64,000 nt of DNA from Nymphaea colorata (lineage: Eukaryota): the NCBI RefSeq assembly GCF_008831285.2, contig NC_045138.2, positions 14,260,001 to 14,324,000 on the forward strand. Direction: 5' to 3'. The notes beneath the pieces are model-generated. The model was not told the DNA's origin. It saw only the letters and a list, made by a program, of their open reading frames with translations, and did no database searches. The position numbers were made by a program, and so were the translations under genes. Positions 12,253-26,110 of this stretch are shown in pieces (the stretch's first letter is position 1; the number at the start of each line of letters is the position of its first letter).

Positions 12253-15200
12253 ATGGGGAGCAACAGAATTGCACAGCCTGGTTTATCAGAACCAGAGCCT
12301 TCTCATCAGCATCTGGTCTACGGCGGGACTCTTCATGGAATCCATCCTTCACAGCCCAGCTTCATGTACTGGTTGCTCGATTACCCAAGTCTTCTTTTTT
12401 TTTTTCCTTTCTTCATCTGAAAAGATCATTTCTTCCTTTGTTGTTTTCCTCACTTCCTGCAATTTCCAACTGCTTCTATTACTCCTCCTAGAGGAATTTC
12501 CTTGTTTAAGAAAACTAAAAATTTTGTTCCTTTTTTCACTTGGGTTGTCTTATACCGTGTTTTTTCTAAGCTTTCTTCTTTCATGCTAACATGGTGGTTG
12601 TGGCAGAGATGAACATGGAGCCGCTTATGGATTTGGGGAGCTGGAGGAGGCCTTCATGCCAAAGATTCATCATGGAGTAGGCATAGGAGACGATGGAGAC
12701 AGAAAGCGTGGGTGTCCAATCCTTCACCTCCCTTTCTCTTTTTTTCATACTCTGATGACGTTTTCCTGTAACTGCCTGCTCCGAGAGAGATAAGAGAGAG
12801 AGACCTGTAACAAGATTTGAGAAATGGTACACGAGGCAGCATACCTATTTGGTCGTGGTAATCATTCCGAGTCAGAGAGTTTGAATAGCATGACACAGCA
12901 AAAACGGAAAGAATACCAGCCCTGCTCCCTCCCCCATCTCCCTTTCCCTCACCTCTCCTGTGAAAACCATCACAAATTAATGGAGACAGCTAGTAATTTC
13001 GCTTTTGTTTTTATTCCCGGGTTTCCTTCCTCTCTTATTATTGTTTGATCAAAGAATTTGGACCGCCTTTTTTCTGCAGCATTCTTAGGCGGTAGACCTC
13101 CAACTCTGGACATCTTTCCTTCATGGCCAATGAGGTTTCAACCACCACCGGGGGTCAGTAATCCCTCTCTTTCTCCCTTTTTCTCTCATGAGATGTACAC
13201 CATTTCGAAAGAAGGTGTGGATACTGTGACCAAAGGAGAGGTTGGAATATTTTTGGCAGACGAATTCCCGGTCAGCAGAGAGTACAGATTCGGGATCTGC
13301 TCAGAATACGGCCTCCTGCAGAGCAGCAGACGCTCATTTTGAATCAGAGTCTCCCATGAGTAGTAGAAAAGCGTCCGACCAATTACCGCCAGGGCACCAA
13401 CCTAACCCAAGACCGGCGGAGATGGCCTTTGATCCTTCTTCCCGGACCCCAACAGCAGCTCCCGGCAACCAATTGAAGCCTCCGGACAAGGTTCCTGCTT
13501 CTTCCCTTTTCCCAATTTCTTCCTCTCTCTTCTTCTTCTTCTTCTTCTTTCTTTCTCCTTTGTTTTTAATTCTGCTGATTCCTGTCAACTGCCAACAATT
13601 TCTTTAAACTTGCACTGCTCTGTTATCATTATCATGATTACCACTGTTCGAAAAAGATTGTTGGTGGCGGTATTATTCTCTATTAAGTAACCAGAAGACA
13701 CCGCAACCCATCCGAGTTTTGAAAACTTCGACCTTTGAAGATAAAATATCAAGCCAAAAAGCGACGTCGTTTACCTTTATCACTATCATATGCATATATT
13801 ATTTCTTCTCACTGGTTATTTTCATGACTCGGCTGATCTCAAGCGCAAAAAAAAAAAAAAAAAAAATTATGGCATTTGCAAGCTTTTTAATTTTCTTCTT
13901 TTCAAAGGAAAAGCAAGGCGCATTTCAAGGGGTAACTGCTAGTTATGCATTTAAACATTTTCTTTAATGGAATAATAATAATGTTAATAATGGGAGTCTA
14001 CATGTTATTTTTTTAATAGTATGGTGATGATGAATCATCACCATGAGAAGTACCATCATATATAAGAACCTTTATGACCCAAGTCCCAGAAACGTATATT
14101 ACCAGTGAAACTTGAGTATGATGCTTCACCAATTTCTCCACTGCATCTGAGGCTTCTACATGATCTAGAGGATGGTAACATTCTCCAACAACCCCACCCC
14201 ATCGATCATTGCTATTGTTATTGCTAATATCATCTAACCTCAAGAGCAGGAATAAGCCTTAAACTTTTCTTTGAACAGAAATATTTGTTTCATTAATTTA
14301 TGCTTATGCTGTCTTCTTTGTTGAAGCCTAACTTGTTCATGGTACTTCATTTTTTTAAAGAAGAAGGCAGCTTCCTCGAGTTCGGAGAAGGATGGTTCGA
14401 AGATATCGGACGCCAAGGTGAGGAATTGCAGAATACGTGCACAATGGTTTTCTTTCTTTTTCTTCATTCATTACTTTTATCCTCTCCTGTTGTTGTTTTC
14501 TTCCTGGACTTTTTCTTCTTCGTTTTTCTTTTTCTAAACAAAATTCGTTGAACTCTCTTATGAATTCCTGTTTCCAATATGAAGATTTCAAGTCTGCAAC
14601 TTTTGACGCTTTTTTGTCTTCAGACCTTGAGACGGTTAGCTCAGAATAGGGAGGCGGCAAGAAAAAGCCGGCTAAGAAAGAAGGTGAGCTTTTATTCTTT
14701 TCTGTTTCTGGGATGTTCATCGATCCATTTACTGCAGAAAACACCAAAAAGAGAATAACAAACCTTTTTCGACTACCAACTTTCGGCGATACTGTGAATA
14801 TATATATATATATATATCAGAAATTAGAGTTATTTTAAATGATATTGCACATGATTCGTGAACCACTTTGTTTTCCTCTAGTCCAAAATTGCTATTTTAG
14901 TTAGAGAAAAGGCTGTTAATTGTTATTATTTGTTTCTGAAGGCTTATGTGCAGCAGTTAGAGAACAGTAGGATAAAACTGAACCAGCTAGAGCAAGAACT
15001 CCAAAGGGCAAGATCACAGGTTCACTTCAAATTCATCATCAATGTTTTTTTTTTTAAATTTTCTAAATAATTTTTGGTTCTAGGTTCCTGGTTTTTCTCA
15101 TACGCTCTAATATTTGAACTTTTAGGGTCTTCTCTTGGCAGGAGCTGGTGGTGGGAATCTTAGCTCAGGTGCAAATTTATTTATTTATTCATTCCCCTTT

Positions 15201-18200
15201 TTGATAATTTTCCATGCTTGATTGATTATCAGTATATGTTTTTCATAAAGGACTCCATTTTCAGATACCACCTTCCCTTTCAAGTTAAATTTTCCAAGAT
15301 TTCTTCTGCTTTGACGAACTTATAACGTGTGCAAAAAATTTCAACCATATTATTTTTCTATTGGCATTTGAAAATAATGGCTGTGGTTATGCGAAAGAGA
15401 CCGTGCACCTCACATAGGTCAATCCTTCCATATAAAAATCACGAAATAGTTGTTATACCATCATCCTTATCGTCATCAACTATCATAACTGTAACTATTA
15501 TTATTATTAATTCTTTTTATATTGTTTAGTGAAATTTTGAATATCCACTTATACAAAAACAGTGAATGTAACTTCCATGCTCATATCTGTACCTTCTAGA
15601 TAATTGAATCTTTCTTTGGTCAGTAGTATTCACCAAAAAGTGAAAAAGGTAAAAAGCAAATAGGTACATATATACAAACATATATGAGTGGTAGCTATAT
15701 ATATATATAGAGAGAGAGAGAGAGCGAGAGAGAGAGCGCTGTCAAATAAGCCTCAAAACTTATTAATTCTTTATAGTTTTAAAATATGTAGAAACACCTT
15801 TTATAAGATGGAAATTGCATATATTTGCTATTGGTGTAGAAAACGGCTCCCCCTTGAAAAACAAATCTAAGTTGAGAAAGTTCACAAAAATCTATCACTC
15901 GAGCAAAATGATAGGACTGAGGGTAAGTCTCATACTTGAATTAGTACTTATAAATCCTGGAAAACGAAAAGAGAAAAATATCATGGTCACGAGTTTAGTT
16001 GGCATTCTCCTGAAATTTTTTACCATGCCGATGACGATCCTCCTATATCTTTTCATAATAATATCCAGATTTGAGATTTACTTCTTATTCTACAAAGGGT
16101 TCATGCTTATCTCCGTTTCCCTTTCATTTCTAGAACTGTTGAAAACATGATTCCCTTCGGTTGGTCAGAAAAATGTGAAAAAAACAATTATAATAAACCT
16201 TACAGAACTAAAGAAGCTAGGATATCTTATCTTAGAAGTAAACACGGTGTTCCTGCTCCATTCTTCAATATTATACTCATGAATTTGGGGTGGCCTTCTA
16301 CAGTCAACGATAAATGTTGGAATAAATTGTCCAAGGAAAAGTAGGTTGGTAGGCGTAATTATAAACAAAGACCCACTTGTTCTTCATTTTGTAAGAATTA
16401 CATATGTGTATGTAATATTTATTTATTTATTTATTTATATGGCATTGAAAAGCAACCTGGGGTTTGTAGGCCATGTAAGTTATCTATTTGGGTGCTGTGG
16501 CGCTATTTCTAGAAACAAGCAAGGACCTGAAGGAAATTATTTCCCATGCAATGTTCTTGTTCAGGTGCAGCAATCTTTGACATGGAACACTCAAGATGGC
16601 TGGAGGAGGACCAGCGGCACATGTCTGAGCTCCAGGCCGGAATCCACGCTCACTTGCCGGACGGCGAGCTCCGGGTGATCGTCGACAGCTGCCTCTCACA
16701 CTATGACGAGATTTTCCGCCTCAAAGGCATCGCCGCTAAAACGGATGTCTTCCACCTGTTCTCAGGCATGTGGAAGACTCCGGCAGAACGCTGCTTCCTT
16801 TGGATGGGCGGATTCCGGCCATCTGATCTCCTCAAGGTAAGAAAAGCCAATCCACTCATATGCCACTTTTCTCGTCACGAAAGATCGAAGTGTGCTTCTA
16901 TGCTCTTCATAAATGGCTAAGCCGTCCCTAACCTATTGTTGGCAACTTGGCCTGATGATCATATGTATCTGGTTCCAAGATTGCTTAGAATATGTGAATA
17001 TAATGATTATGCATGCTTATTATATGGTCTTATGAACTTCATTGGTATGTCACGATATTTTATATGTTCAGTTTTGAAAACATGAATAACAGTTAGTATA
17101 TTGACTTTATGTTGATTAGTAACTCATAATAAGTGCACGTAATCTTCATATTTAATTAGTTCACATCTCCATCTTTCTCTCTCATATGCATGTACTTTCT
17201 TTTTCTTTGTGTGTTTTTTTTTTTTTGTAAATTGATGACATCTTGTCACCTATTCTAATAATATATTTTCCATTTTGTCGGCTCTTATTATATACATATA
17301 TATATATATATAGCGTCTGTTTGTGCCAAAACGTCTGTAAGGTGATACTTAACAATTAAAGATGATGTTGTTACGCCACAAATTAAGAAATTTTAGTGAC
17401 ACGTACACAAATATTCGGCAGTTTTATAAGTTAGGTCCGGGATTGAAATTGCAATTAAGTTGGTATATTTATTGAGTACTGTCACTGATGGTCTTAAGTT
17501 ATTTGAAACCTATGAATTAATGCAAATAAATGCTTTCTAAAACTTGCACTTAAAACTATCGCAAGATTCGGAATTCTGGCGACCGCGCGGTGTCGCTGAC
17601 GTTTGATAGAAATTACGTTTTTCATGACTAATGTATTGAACTCGGTCATAATTTATTATTGCATTTATTTTTTCTTAAATAAAATAGGCACATTTAATTG
17701 AAAAAAATTAAATAAAACATATGCTGAGACAGAGTTGCCTTTTTTAAAATTTAAAGATATAAAAATAGTTTTCTTGAACTCATTAGTAAAATGAAAAGAA
17801 AAGAAAAGAAAAACCAGTTGATCGATGAAGACGAAGAAGCAACTCTTATATGTCCGGTGCGGCAGTGCCAAGTAAAGCGTGACCAAGTTCATGAACTCGG
17901 TCAAGCTCCGTGGGATCCGCTTGGAAATAACGGTGCCAGTTAAGATCTTCAAGTCATGGATTTCATGAAATTGACATCTTACCAAACATGACACGGACGT
18001 CAGGGTTGACATCCTTTAAATTATTATCCCGTAGTTTCGTTTTCATTATGTCTTTTTTTCGATGACCATGTTGCCCCTCAGCATGTTGCATGATAACAAC
18101 TGTTTTTCTTTTTTTTTTTCCTCTCAAAAACTTCAAAAGTAAGTGAACTCCAGAGTTAAAAAATAAGGTTAAAGAATTTTCTTTTTTAAAAAAAAAGTCA

Positions 18201-21200
18201 GAAAATAAAGGGTATTTCTGGTACCAGAAAAAGTTCATGTTTGAGACCAAACAAGTTTCTTAAAAAAATGAGCTTCTCAAGATTAGTGCATTCTTTTTTT
18301 TAGGTGCTCATTTATTTTGGTTGCTAATTTAATTGACATTGAAATGACTATTTCACCCTTGGTCCGGTGCAGATCCTGGTACCACAATTGGAGCCGTTGA
18401 CGGAGCAGCAGTTCTTGGGGATCTGCAGCCTCCAACAGTCGTCCCAGCAGGCGGAGGAAGCGCTGTCACAGGGACTCGACTCGTTGCAGCAGGCGCTCGC
18501 CGAGACCATCGCCGCCGGCTCTCTCAGCCACGGACCGGACGCCGGCAACTACATGGGTCAGATGGCCATAGCCCTCGGCAAGCTTGCCAATTATGAAGGA
18601 TTCGTCCGACAGGTCCGGACCGGCTTTCTGCCACTCTCTCTTATTCAAACGGGTATTTTGGTCATTTCATTCTGTTGAGCTTGATCCTTCTTGAAAACCT
18701 CATATTGTCTTCACTCGTTTCTTTCTAAAGGCCCCACAAGTTTGTTTTGTCCAACCCTAACAAAACACAAAGTAAAGAAAACTATGTAATTCTTTAATCT
18801 AGTTTTTTTATTACGTAAAAGTCGTAGGCGTTAATTTTTATATTTTGTAGTGTACAGACAAATCTAGATTGTCTATGCAAGAAATTATCTTCATTTTCAA
18901 TTAAATTTTGTGTTTTATTTTTATATCTACATATTCATTAAGACAAAAACTAACTTTATTTTGCTTCATTTCTGTTTTTTTATTTTATATTTACGGATTC
19001 AGTAAAAGAAATTAACTTTGTCAAAATGGGAGTGGTTGCGGGATGTTTGTCATGGGAAGTCCATATCCACACCGGCCACGCTCAATATTCAACAGTTCAT
19101 TTTAGATTTCTCTGATGTGCTTTGGCTTTCTCTACATTATCAAAACGGGTTGACTATTTGAAAAGGATTTCGTATGAAACCGGTGCATTCAAAAGATTCT
19201 TTTCTTTCTTTTTCTTTCCTTTTTTTCTTCAACTTTGCGAAAAACCACCGATTTTTTTTTTTAATCTTAAATTATAAACTTTACTTAACTTAGAGGATTT
19301 AAGCTAACTCTCCTAGCTGGTGTATCAAGCACCTGTGGACATGACAAACATGAAAACTATAAAATTAAAATAATATTTTAGTAATTTTGGATTGAATAGA
19401 CCATGGAGTGGAGTCCCTGTATGCATGAAAGTGATAGGAGAATAATAAAGCGAATAACTTAATAATTCTAAAGTTTTCTTTAGGACGTCTCCATATTATT
19501 ATTATCAATGCTGAGTGCTGGCTTTGTCTTTGTATCAATTTCTTATTAGGCATAAACATGGGGCAAAGCCCATTGCTATTGGCTTCGTTATTTTTAACAA
19601 TCTTTCCCTTTTGTCTTCAACCATTTGTAGAGCTAATCATCCAAGAGAAATTTTTTTAATGGATATGCACGAATTGCTTTAAAAAATAAGTCATTCAAAA
19701 TTCACAGCTAATTAATGGTATTTCCCTTCTTTCTCTTTCAAAATAGCAGCTTGAGACAATATTCCCATCTTTTTATAAGATACTTTTTTCTTGGCGCCCA
19801 AAAAAACTTCAAAAAAAAAAGTTTCAAATCTATGTAGAGCAGGAACTTACAGCTCATATTGATCCCACAGTCAGAACCATCCAGGCATTTGGGTGTTACA
19901 AGTAGTTTTTAGTGCCTAAATGTGTTGAACAATTTATAACAAGGGCATCATATCAGCACATATTTTCTTGAAATAACATGATATTGCTCTTACTTTTAAG
20001 ACTTTGTTGAAATACTTTTAGATCAGTATTTGGGCATGAATCAATTACATATTTTTCATTTTTTACTTACATTTTATTTTTGTACATTCATTATATGTAT
20101 TTGATTTCTGTACATTTCACATTATAAAAAAACTGTAAGCTATCTTCTCTAAATGTTCAGTTGATTGAAATTACAGAAGCACACTTAAAAGGAACGCCAC
20201 TTGATAAAAAATTGGAGAAGAATTTTCTAGAGCCTAAAAGCCGGTAGTCATTTTAAAATAAAAAAAGTAACTTTCACTGCTTCTCAACTATTTTTCTTTT
20301 TCTTTAAATGGCATGTTGTACCTAAAAAGGACTTCATAGGCTTTTCTTTTTTCTTCAGAAAGCTCCATAGCCTTTCTATGGATGCTTTTATTGTGTCAAA
20401 TCGGTGTAGTTAGTGACGAATGTATGGACGCACAGGTGTAAAAGTTAGTGATTAAAATTCGGAAATAATGATATTAAGAGGGGTTTTTCATTTTTAGAGA
20501 TTATAGAGATGTTCTAAAGCCTTTTGATTTTTCATGAATATTGCAATAGAAAAAGCAAAAATAAACTGAAAATAAGAGTTAAAGAAACGTCAGATAAACT
20601 AAAGCAAGTAAAATAGATTCTTTAGTGAAAAAGATTTGAGAGAAAACTTTGAATAACGCTTGAATTGCATAAAAAGAACACTTTAATGAATCAAATTCAA
20701 ACTTGGGAATATTTTTCTATGGACGTTTATCATACCTAATTCGAATGCCATGTACATGATTTGTTCTGAAGATGATCATAGTAGGATACACAACAGTGGC
20801 ATGTTTTGTTTCCCAAGTTCTTTTCTTTAGTGTCTAATCTTTTTTCTTTTTCCTTTTTCTTTCTTTTTTTTCCGGCTCGCAGGCTGACAATCTCCGGCAG
20901 CAGACCTTGCACCAGCTTCGCCGGATTCTGACAATCCGGCAGGCCGCCCGCTGCTTTCTGGCGATCGGTGAATACTACAGCCGTCTAAGAGCTCTGAGCT
21001 CTCTATGGGCCTCTCGCCCAAGGGAGTAAGCCACTCACCCTTTTTTTTTACTCTTTTGCCCCCACAGAAGCATCAAAATGGCCACATATTTCCTAAACCC
21101 CTCCGAGCTAAAAGAAACCCACGAAACTTCATTAATTTCGATACCCGACCTTTATAATGAGATGACAAACTGTCCCTTTCTTTCTAGACACCAAATTGAA

Positions 21201-22399
21201 GATTTCAAAAGAAATAGGATGTCGAAACCAATTTTGGAATTATTTGGTTGCTATATGGCCAATTATTCACACACTAAATGTCAAGAATACCCTTGCTAGC
21301 TACAGTTGTCTAGGTGCAATTCATACCCGATCATGGGATAGATTAGGAAATTCACATTTTGTCTTTTTTTTTTATATATAGTTGATTACAGGAAAACCAA
21401 TGTTAGGAGGGGCAAGATAATATTATATCTCAAATATTTCATATCATTGCTTTCACGTCGATGCTCTGGATATGTTCATGTTTGCTTTCAACTCAGAACG
21501 TCCCCATGCTAGACAATATCATAGAGCATCTATTTGCATTTCAGGCAGTAATATGCGAAACTCAAGGACACCATATACCAGTCTTTTTTTCAAAAAAAAA
21601 AAAGAATTGAATTACCCATCTGCCCTTGCCGATATTGAGCTGTAAGTATAATATAGACTTAGGAAAACGAGCTAGAGTACTATGGCATGATCTTGGTACT
21701 CGATCTCTATGAAACAACACCATCTTCCCCATTGTGTATAATCTCTCAGGAGAACTGTCGTACGAGCTAGATCTACTGAGAAGGCATTGTTTGTCATGAA
21801 ACTGGTCCTTACTATGATCAAACGCAGGATAAGGTCTTATGTGAAGCCAGCCCACTGTGTAATAGATCCAGTTAAGGGCTGGATCTTGGTGATCTGCTTA
21901 TAATAACAAACTCACAGGGTGGAAGCTTTTTGAATGCATAAAATATGGGCATTTTTCGGTTGGCAGATACATTGAGTATGTTCCTATTTGATGCACCTAC
22001 TGTGGCATCGGATTTCACAACTGGACAATAAATATCATTGTTAGGTCCTGGTCCCCGACTTCCACTGTACTGTCCACAATAAATATCATCATTAGGCCCA
22101 TATATATATATATATATATAAGCCATCAACCAAACGAGGGGCGGTGGTACTGAAACTGATAAATGAGTCCATGATTGATGCATAGAAGTCAGGAACTTGG
22201 GAGCGAATTGGAGTTTTCTTGATATAGCAGTGCAGAAAGAAGAGAGAGTAAAGAAGGCTCGATCTCAATCTTGTTAGGCTAATTGAGTTGATTTGATTTG
22301 TGATGTAGGGCAATGATATCAGAGGCACACGTAGTGCCGTCTGCAACTGATCTTCAGATGGTGCAGGTCCAACACCCAGAGAACCATTTCGGTTTCTGA
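12253..22399 (+). CDS. TGA9: TGA-family bZIP transcription factor, TGA9/LIGULELESS2-like. 12 exons: 12253-12365, 12607-12707, 13080-13153, 13260-13490, 14361-14417, 14624-14683, 14942-15019, 15126-15168, 16565-16836, 18373-18612, 20883-21025, 22309-22399
   Basis: The GT-AG exons join in frame: MGSNRIAQ...FGELEEAF...PPTLDIFPSWPMRF...AESTDSGS...ESPMSS...DAKTLRRLAQNREAARKSRLRKKAYVQQLENSRIKLNQLEQELQRARSQG (bZIP). The DOG1 domain reads AAIFDMEHSRWLEED...WKTPAERCFLWMGGFRPSDLLK...QQAEEALSQG...ADNLRQQTLHQLRRILTIRQAARCFLAIGEYYSRLRALSSLWASRPRE. The C-terminus TDLQMVQVQHPENHFGF* resembles the TGA9 clade. Confidence 0.92.
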
Positions 22400-23119
22400 A
22401 ACTGAGACGATGAATTCCCAGAGTGGCACCACGGAATCCTCGTTTTTTGGGGAGGAACAGGTAGGCCAAGGGTCGGCAACGGGAAAAGAAAAAGAAAAGA
22501 AGAAGAATTGATGGAATCAGAAACAAACAGGAAAGGGAAATACAGAATAAACAGGCAGAATTGGTGGCTGCCCGTGTAGGATGGAAAGGGAAAAGGAAAA
22601 ATTTGTATTTCTTTTTTCCTTTTGTAGGGAAGGAGGAGTTGTAATTTTTTCTTTCTAGTTTTTCTCTTTTGTAGGTCTCCATTCCTTGAAGGATGGTGGA
22701 AAAGAAATACAAAAGAACTTGTTGAAGCTGTCTAGAGAGAGAGAGAGAGAGAGAGTTAAATTTTAGAAATTTTTACTTTTTTTACATTAAAATTTTGAAA
22801 AATAATATTTCGGCCTTTATCAAAATTTAAAAACTTTCTTTGGGGCTCCCTCATGAAAAAATCTCAGCTCCACTCCTGAACATAGTACCCTTGGGAATCA
22901 AATAGGAAACATATCGGAATCAAATAGGAAACATATCCACAACGCACCAATCTCTTCACCTAACTGCTACTCATCATTTAGGAGAGAGAGAGTTTAGTAA
23001 TGGAGATGGTCGGTAAAAGACAAAAGTGGGTGATAGATAGCAGAGCAAATTCTTTTTTGTTATTATTAAGATGGCGCATGAAATTTCATACACGAGGACG
23101 GCGTATATAACCAGAAGCT

Positions 23120-23181
23120 TCGAATAGATAGTGGAGTGCGCCATTTTTCTTCGAATAGATAGTGGAGTGCGCCATTTTTCT
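23120..23181. repeat. Tandem duplication, 2 x 31 bp
   Basis: 'tcgaatagatagtggagtgcgccatttttct' occurs twice. Confidence 0.9.
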
Positions 23182-24141
23182 TGTGTGCATGGAAGGGGAG
23201 GGGTGTGTGTGTTGCAGGAAGCTACAAACATGCAATGCAAGTTGGTGAAAACGACGAGAGAGAGCAGTTGGTGCATTAAATGTTTGTTTGGAAGCTTTCG
23301 AACCAGCTTCCCTTCTTCTCCATACCTGCCTTTGGGAGTATAGATATTTATTATGTGCTATGAGAAAGGGAGAGACTGCATCAAAATGGGGCCAATCATC
23401 TCCTCTTGCAAGGGTTTGCAATTCACGTATAGGATATCCTTGGTACTAAAATCTCGTTATCTCAATTCGCATTCAGATATGACCTTCTTCACGACCTTGA
23501 AAAGATCGCACTCAAACACCATGTGCGGTGACGGGTAAAGTACATTCTAGTCAAAAGAAGGCCGTGTTTGGGGATCTCAGTTTCCATGCACTGGATTTCC
23601 CAGCCTGCCCATTCCTCAGGTGAAAATGAAACGCAAATTGGCATTACTCTAGCTCAAAATTTTCTCACTAATCGATTTTGACGTTTGTTTGATTCAATGG
23701 TTGGAAAATTTTGTCTCTCTTTCCTTTTCCCATCTCAACATTTTCCCTGAGCCCAAGAATGTGAGACTGCCTAACATATACATCCTGCAGTGTACGTCCC
23801 GGCCTTTTAAACCATGAATGAAGTTCATGATCCAAATCCCAGTGAATATTCTGGGCCCATTCTTATAGTGTGTCACCACCAAAACTTTTTTGGTGAAATT
23901 TTTTCCGTTTTTGGTTAATCGTCTCTTTCTTCCCGCTTTGTCATTCCAAATGCCACCAAGTAAAAGTATATTATTGTTGAACATATTTCACATTTTATGT
24001 GCACTTTTCTTTACTGAATGGGTCGCTGATGAAGTGTCTCCTGTCAATGTGACCATATCAAAAGGATTTGGTGAAATCTAAAGGAACAACACCAAGTATG
24101 CAAGTTTGGTTGGTACTACATAATTAAATAATATGGAGAAA

Positions 24142-24172
<31 letters not shown>

Positions 24173-26110
24173 GTCTGGAACTTCGACTAAGAGGCATGGG
24201 AGGAGAATAAAGAAAGTACTATAAGTACATTTTGTCGCTCCAGTTTCCACTTTTAAAAAACTGGTGTGTTTGTATTTACAGTAAAACGCATTTCAAAGTG
24301 CATCCGTCCTTGAAATACAAGTAACATTTCCAAATGCACTCAAACATGACCAACATTATTTACTTATGCAAAGTAAATGTTCACTTTTTTATCTTCAAAA
24401 TAAGTTGAAAATTTTTCAACCACTCCGGGTCATATTTTTCCGCCCTAACACTCGTTTGGACCTTAAATGCTTTCCAATTTATGTTGTGCTTTTCAGCATC
24501 ACTTTTTGGTCGAAACTTTTATTCCAATGTGTACGTAAAGAAATTTTCTCTGCTAGTTTTACCCTATTTTTTCTGACTTGCATTCAAACACAAACTAACT
24601 AAAAATTTTGTGCAGTGATTGATGGAAGTTTACCACCCAAATTACAGATCAATTAGACGCATGCTAATTTCTTCCTAGAACAGAGATCAGCAGCTACTTT
24701 TTCATTAAAGAAAAAAAAAAAGGAAAATAAAAACAGAAATCTTTTCCACATTTATCCGCAAGAATTTGTAAATTATGGTGCCCAACATCCAAATCACGCA
24801 TCAATTTGAAGCACCATTATTGGTACCAAATAAAGTAGTCACAATGTATGACCATAACCAGCCATTCTTTGCTATATTCAAACGCTATTGATAATGATTT
24901 CCTTTCTGACATGTCAATCACTTGCTAATGGCCATAACTATCGAGCAGATGGAAACAGAAGAACAAAATGTAGTTTAAGATGTCAGAACCCTGAACACAT
25001 ACTAACAGATTAACAACATTCAACTGCTTGAAATGGCCCAAAAGACTTTTACAATGATGATCTAATAAGATGTTTCTGAAAGGTGCAATTTTGTTTCTTT
25101 ACTTTCACGTTGTTCAACTTTCATACCTTTTAGTCTCTTGCAAATCCTTTCTTAGAGAATTTGCAATTATAAGCGGAGCTCAAACTGGTTGATTTTAATC
25201 CAACAAAAACTATAAAGTTAATGTGTTCTTTACCACAACAATTTTGGATTTCGCAAAACATTTACTATTTTTCAAGTATTTTGATGAATCAAGAAAAATT
25301 CTGTGTGTTTGTGCATGCATGCATGTGGCGTGTATGCATATATTAGGTCCATTATATCAATTTTGACCATAGCAAAAATATTATTTAAAAACATCAGAAA
25401 AGTGAATATCGGAATGCTTACACAAAGATCTTTAGAATACACTAAATAGAGAGAGAGAGAGAGAGAAATAACCTAACGCCCATAAGAATCGAACTGAGAG
25501 AGAGAGACCCAAAAACATGAGAGAGAGAGAGAGAGAGACCCAAAAACATAGGCACTAGGCATTACACATTTTCAACGCACCACGGCCGAGCTTTACAAGA
25601 AAACATAAAACACAAAAAAATGCTCTTTAAACAGTTCGTCTCATCCTGGTATATTAAAGAAACAGTAATTAACCAGTAATCCATCACACGGCTAGATTGA
25701 GTTAGAGAGCTTTCTTTAATCCAGAAACATAAAGCAGTTCATATAGTACCTCAGCATGATGACACAGAGCCTGAGTTTGATGTGCTTGATGTGCTTATGC
25801 TCCTAGGAAACCCAGCTATGCACATGATCACATGTTGGGTTACTTCTAAACTGTGATATACCAGTGTAATATATTTTGTATCTGTAAACCGAGTCTTACA
25901 ACTTGCAGGCTTTTGCCATGCTGAAAAATTGAACCAAGTTCTTTCCAGGTCAGCACAACTAACAAGAAGAAAGAATCAATTAAGTTACAAAATCAGGATG
26001 TAGTTTCTAAGCAGCAAGGCCTAGCAAAGAACAGTAAAAATTGAAATATATAGCTGATGAGAGAGTCAAGTTGCGAAAGAAATTGTAATCAGGTCTGGAT
26101 CCATGAGAAG

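Noticed and set aside
17420..18030. Possible Mutator-like remnant in a TGA intron
   Set aside because: Only short repeated words such as gaactcggtca are present. I could not define TIRs or a TSD.
21545..21551. Alternative last TGA exon (tttcAG|G CAG TAA)
   Set aside because: The exon at 22309-22399 encodes the clade-typical TDLQ...NHF tail. Nothing supports the short alternative.
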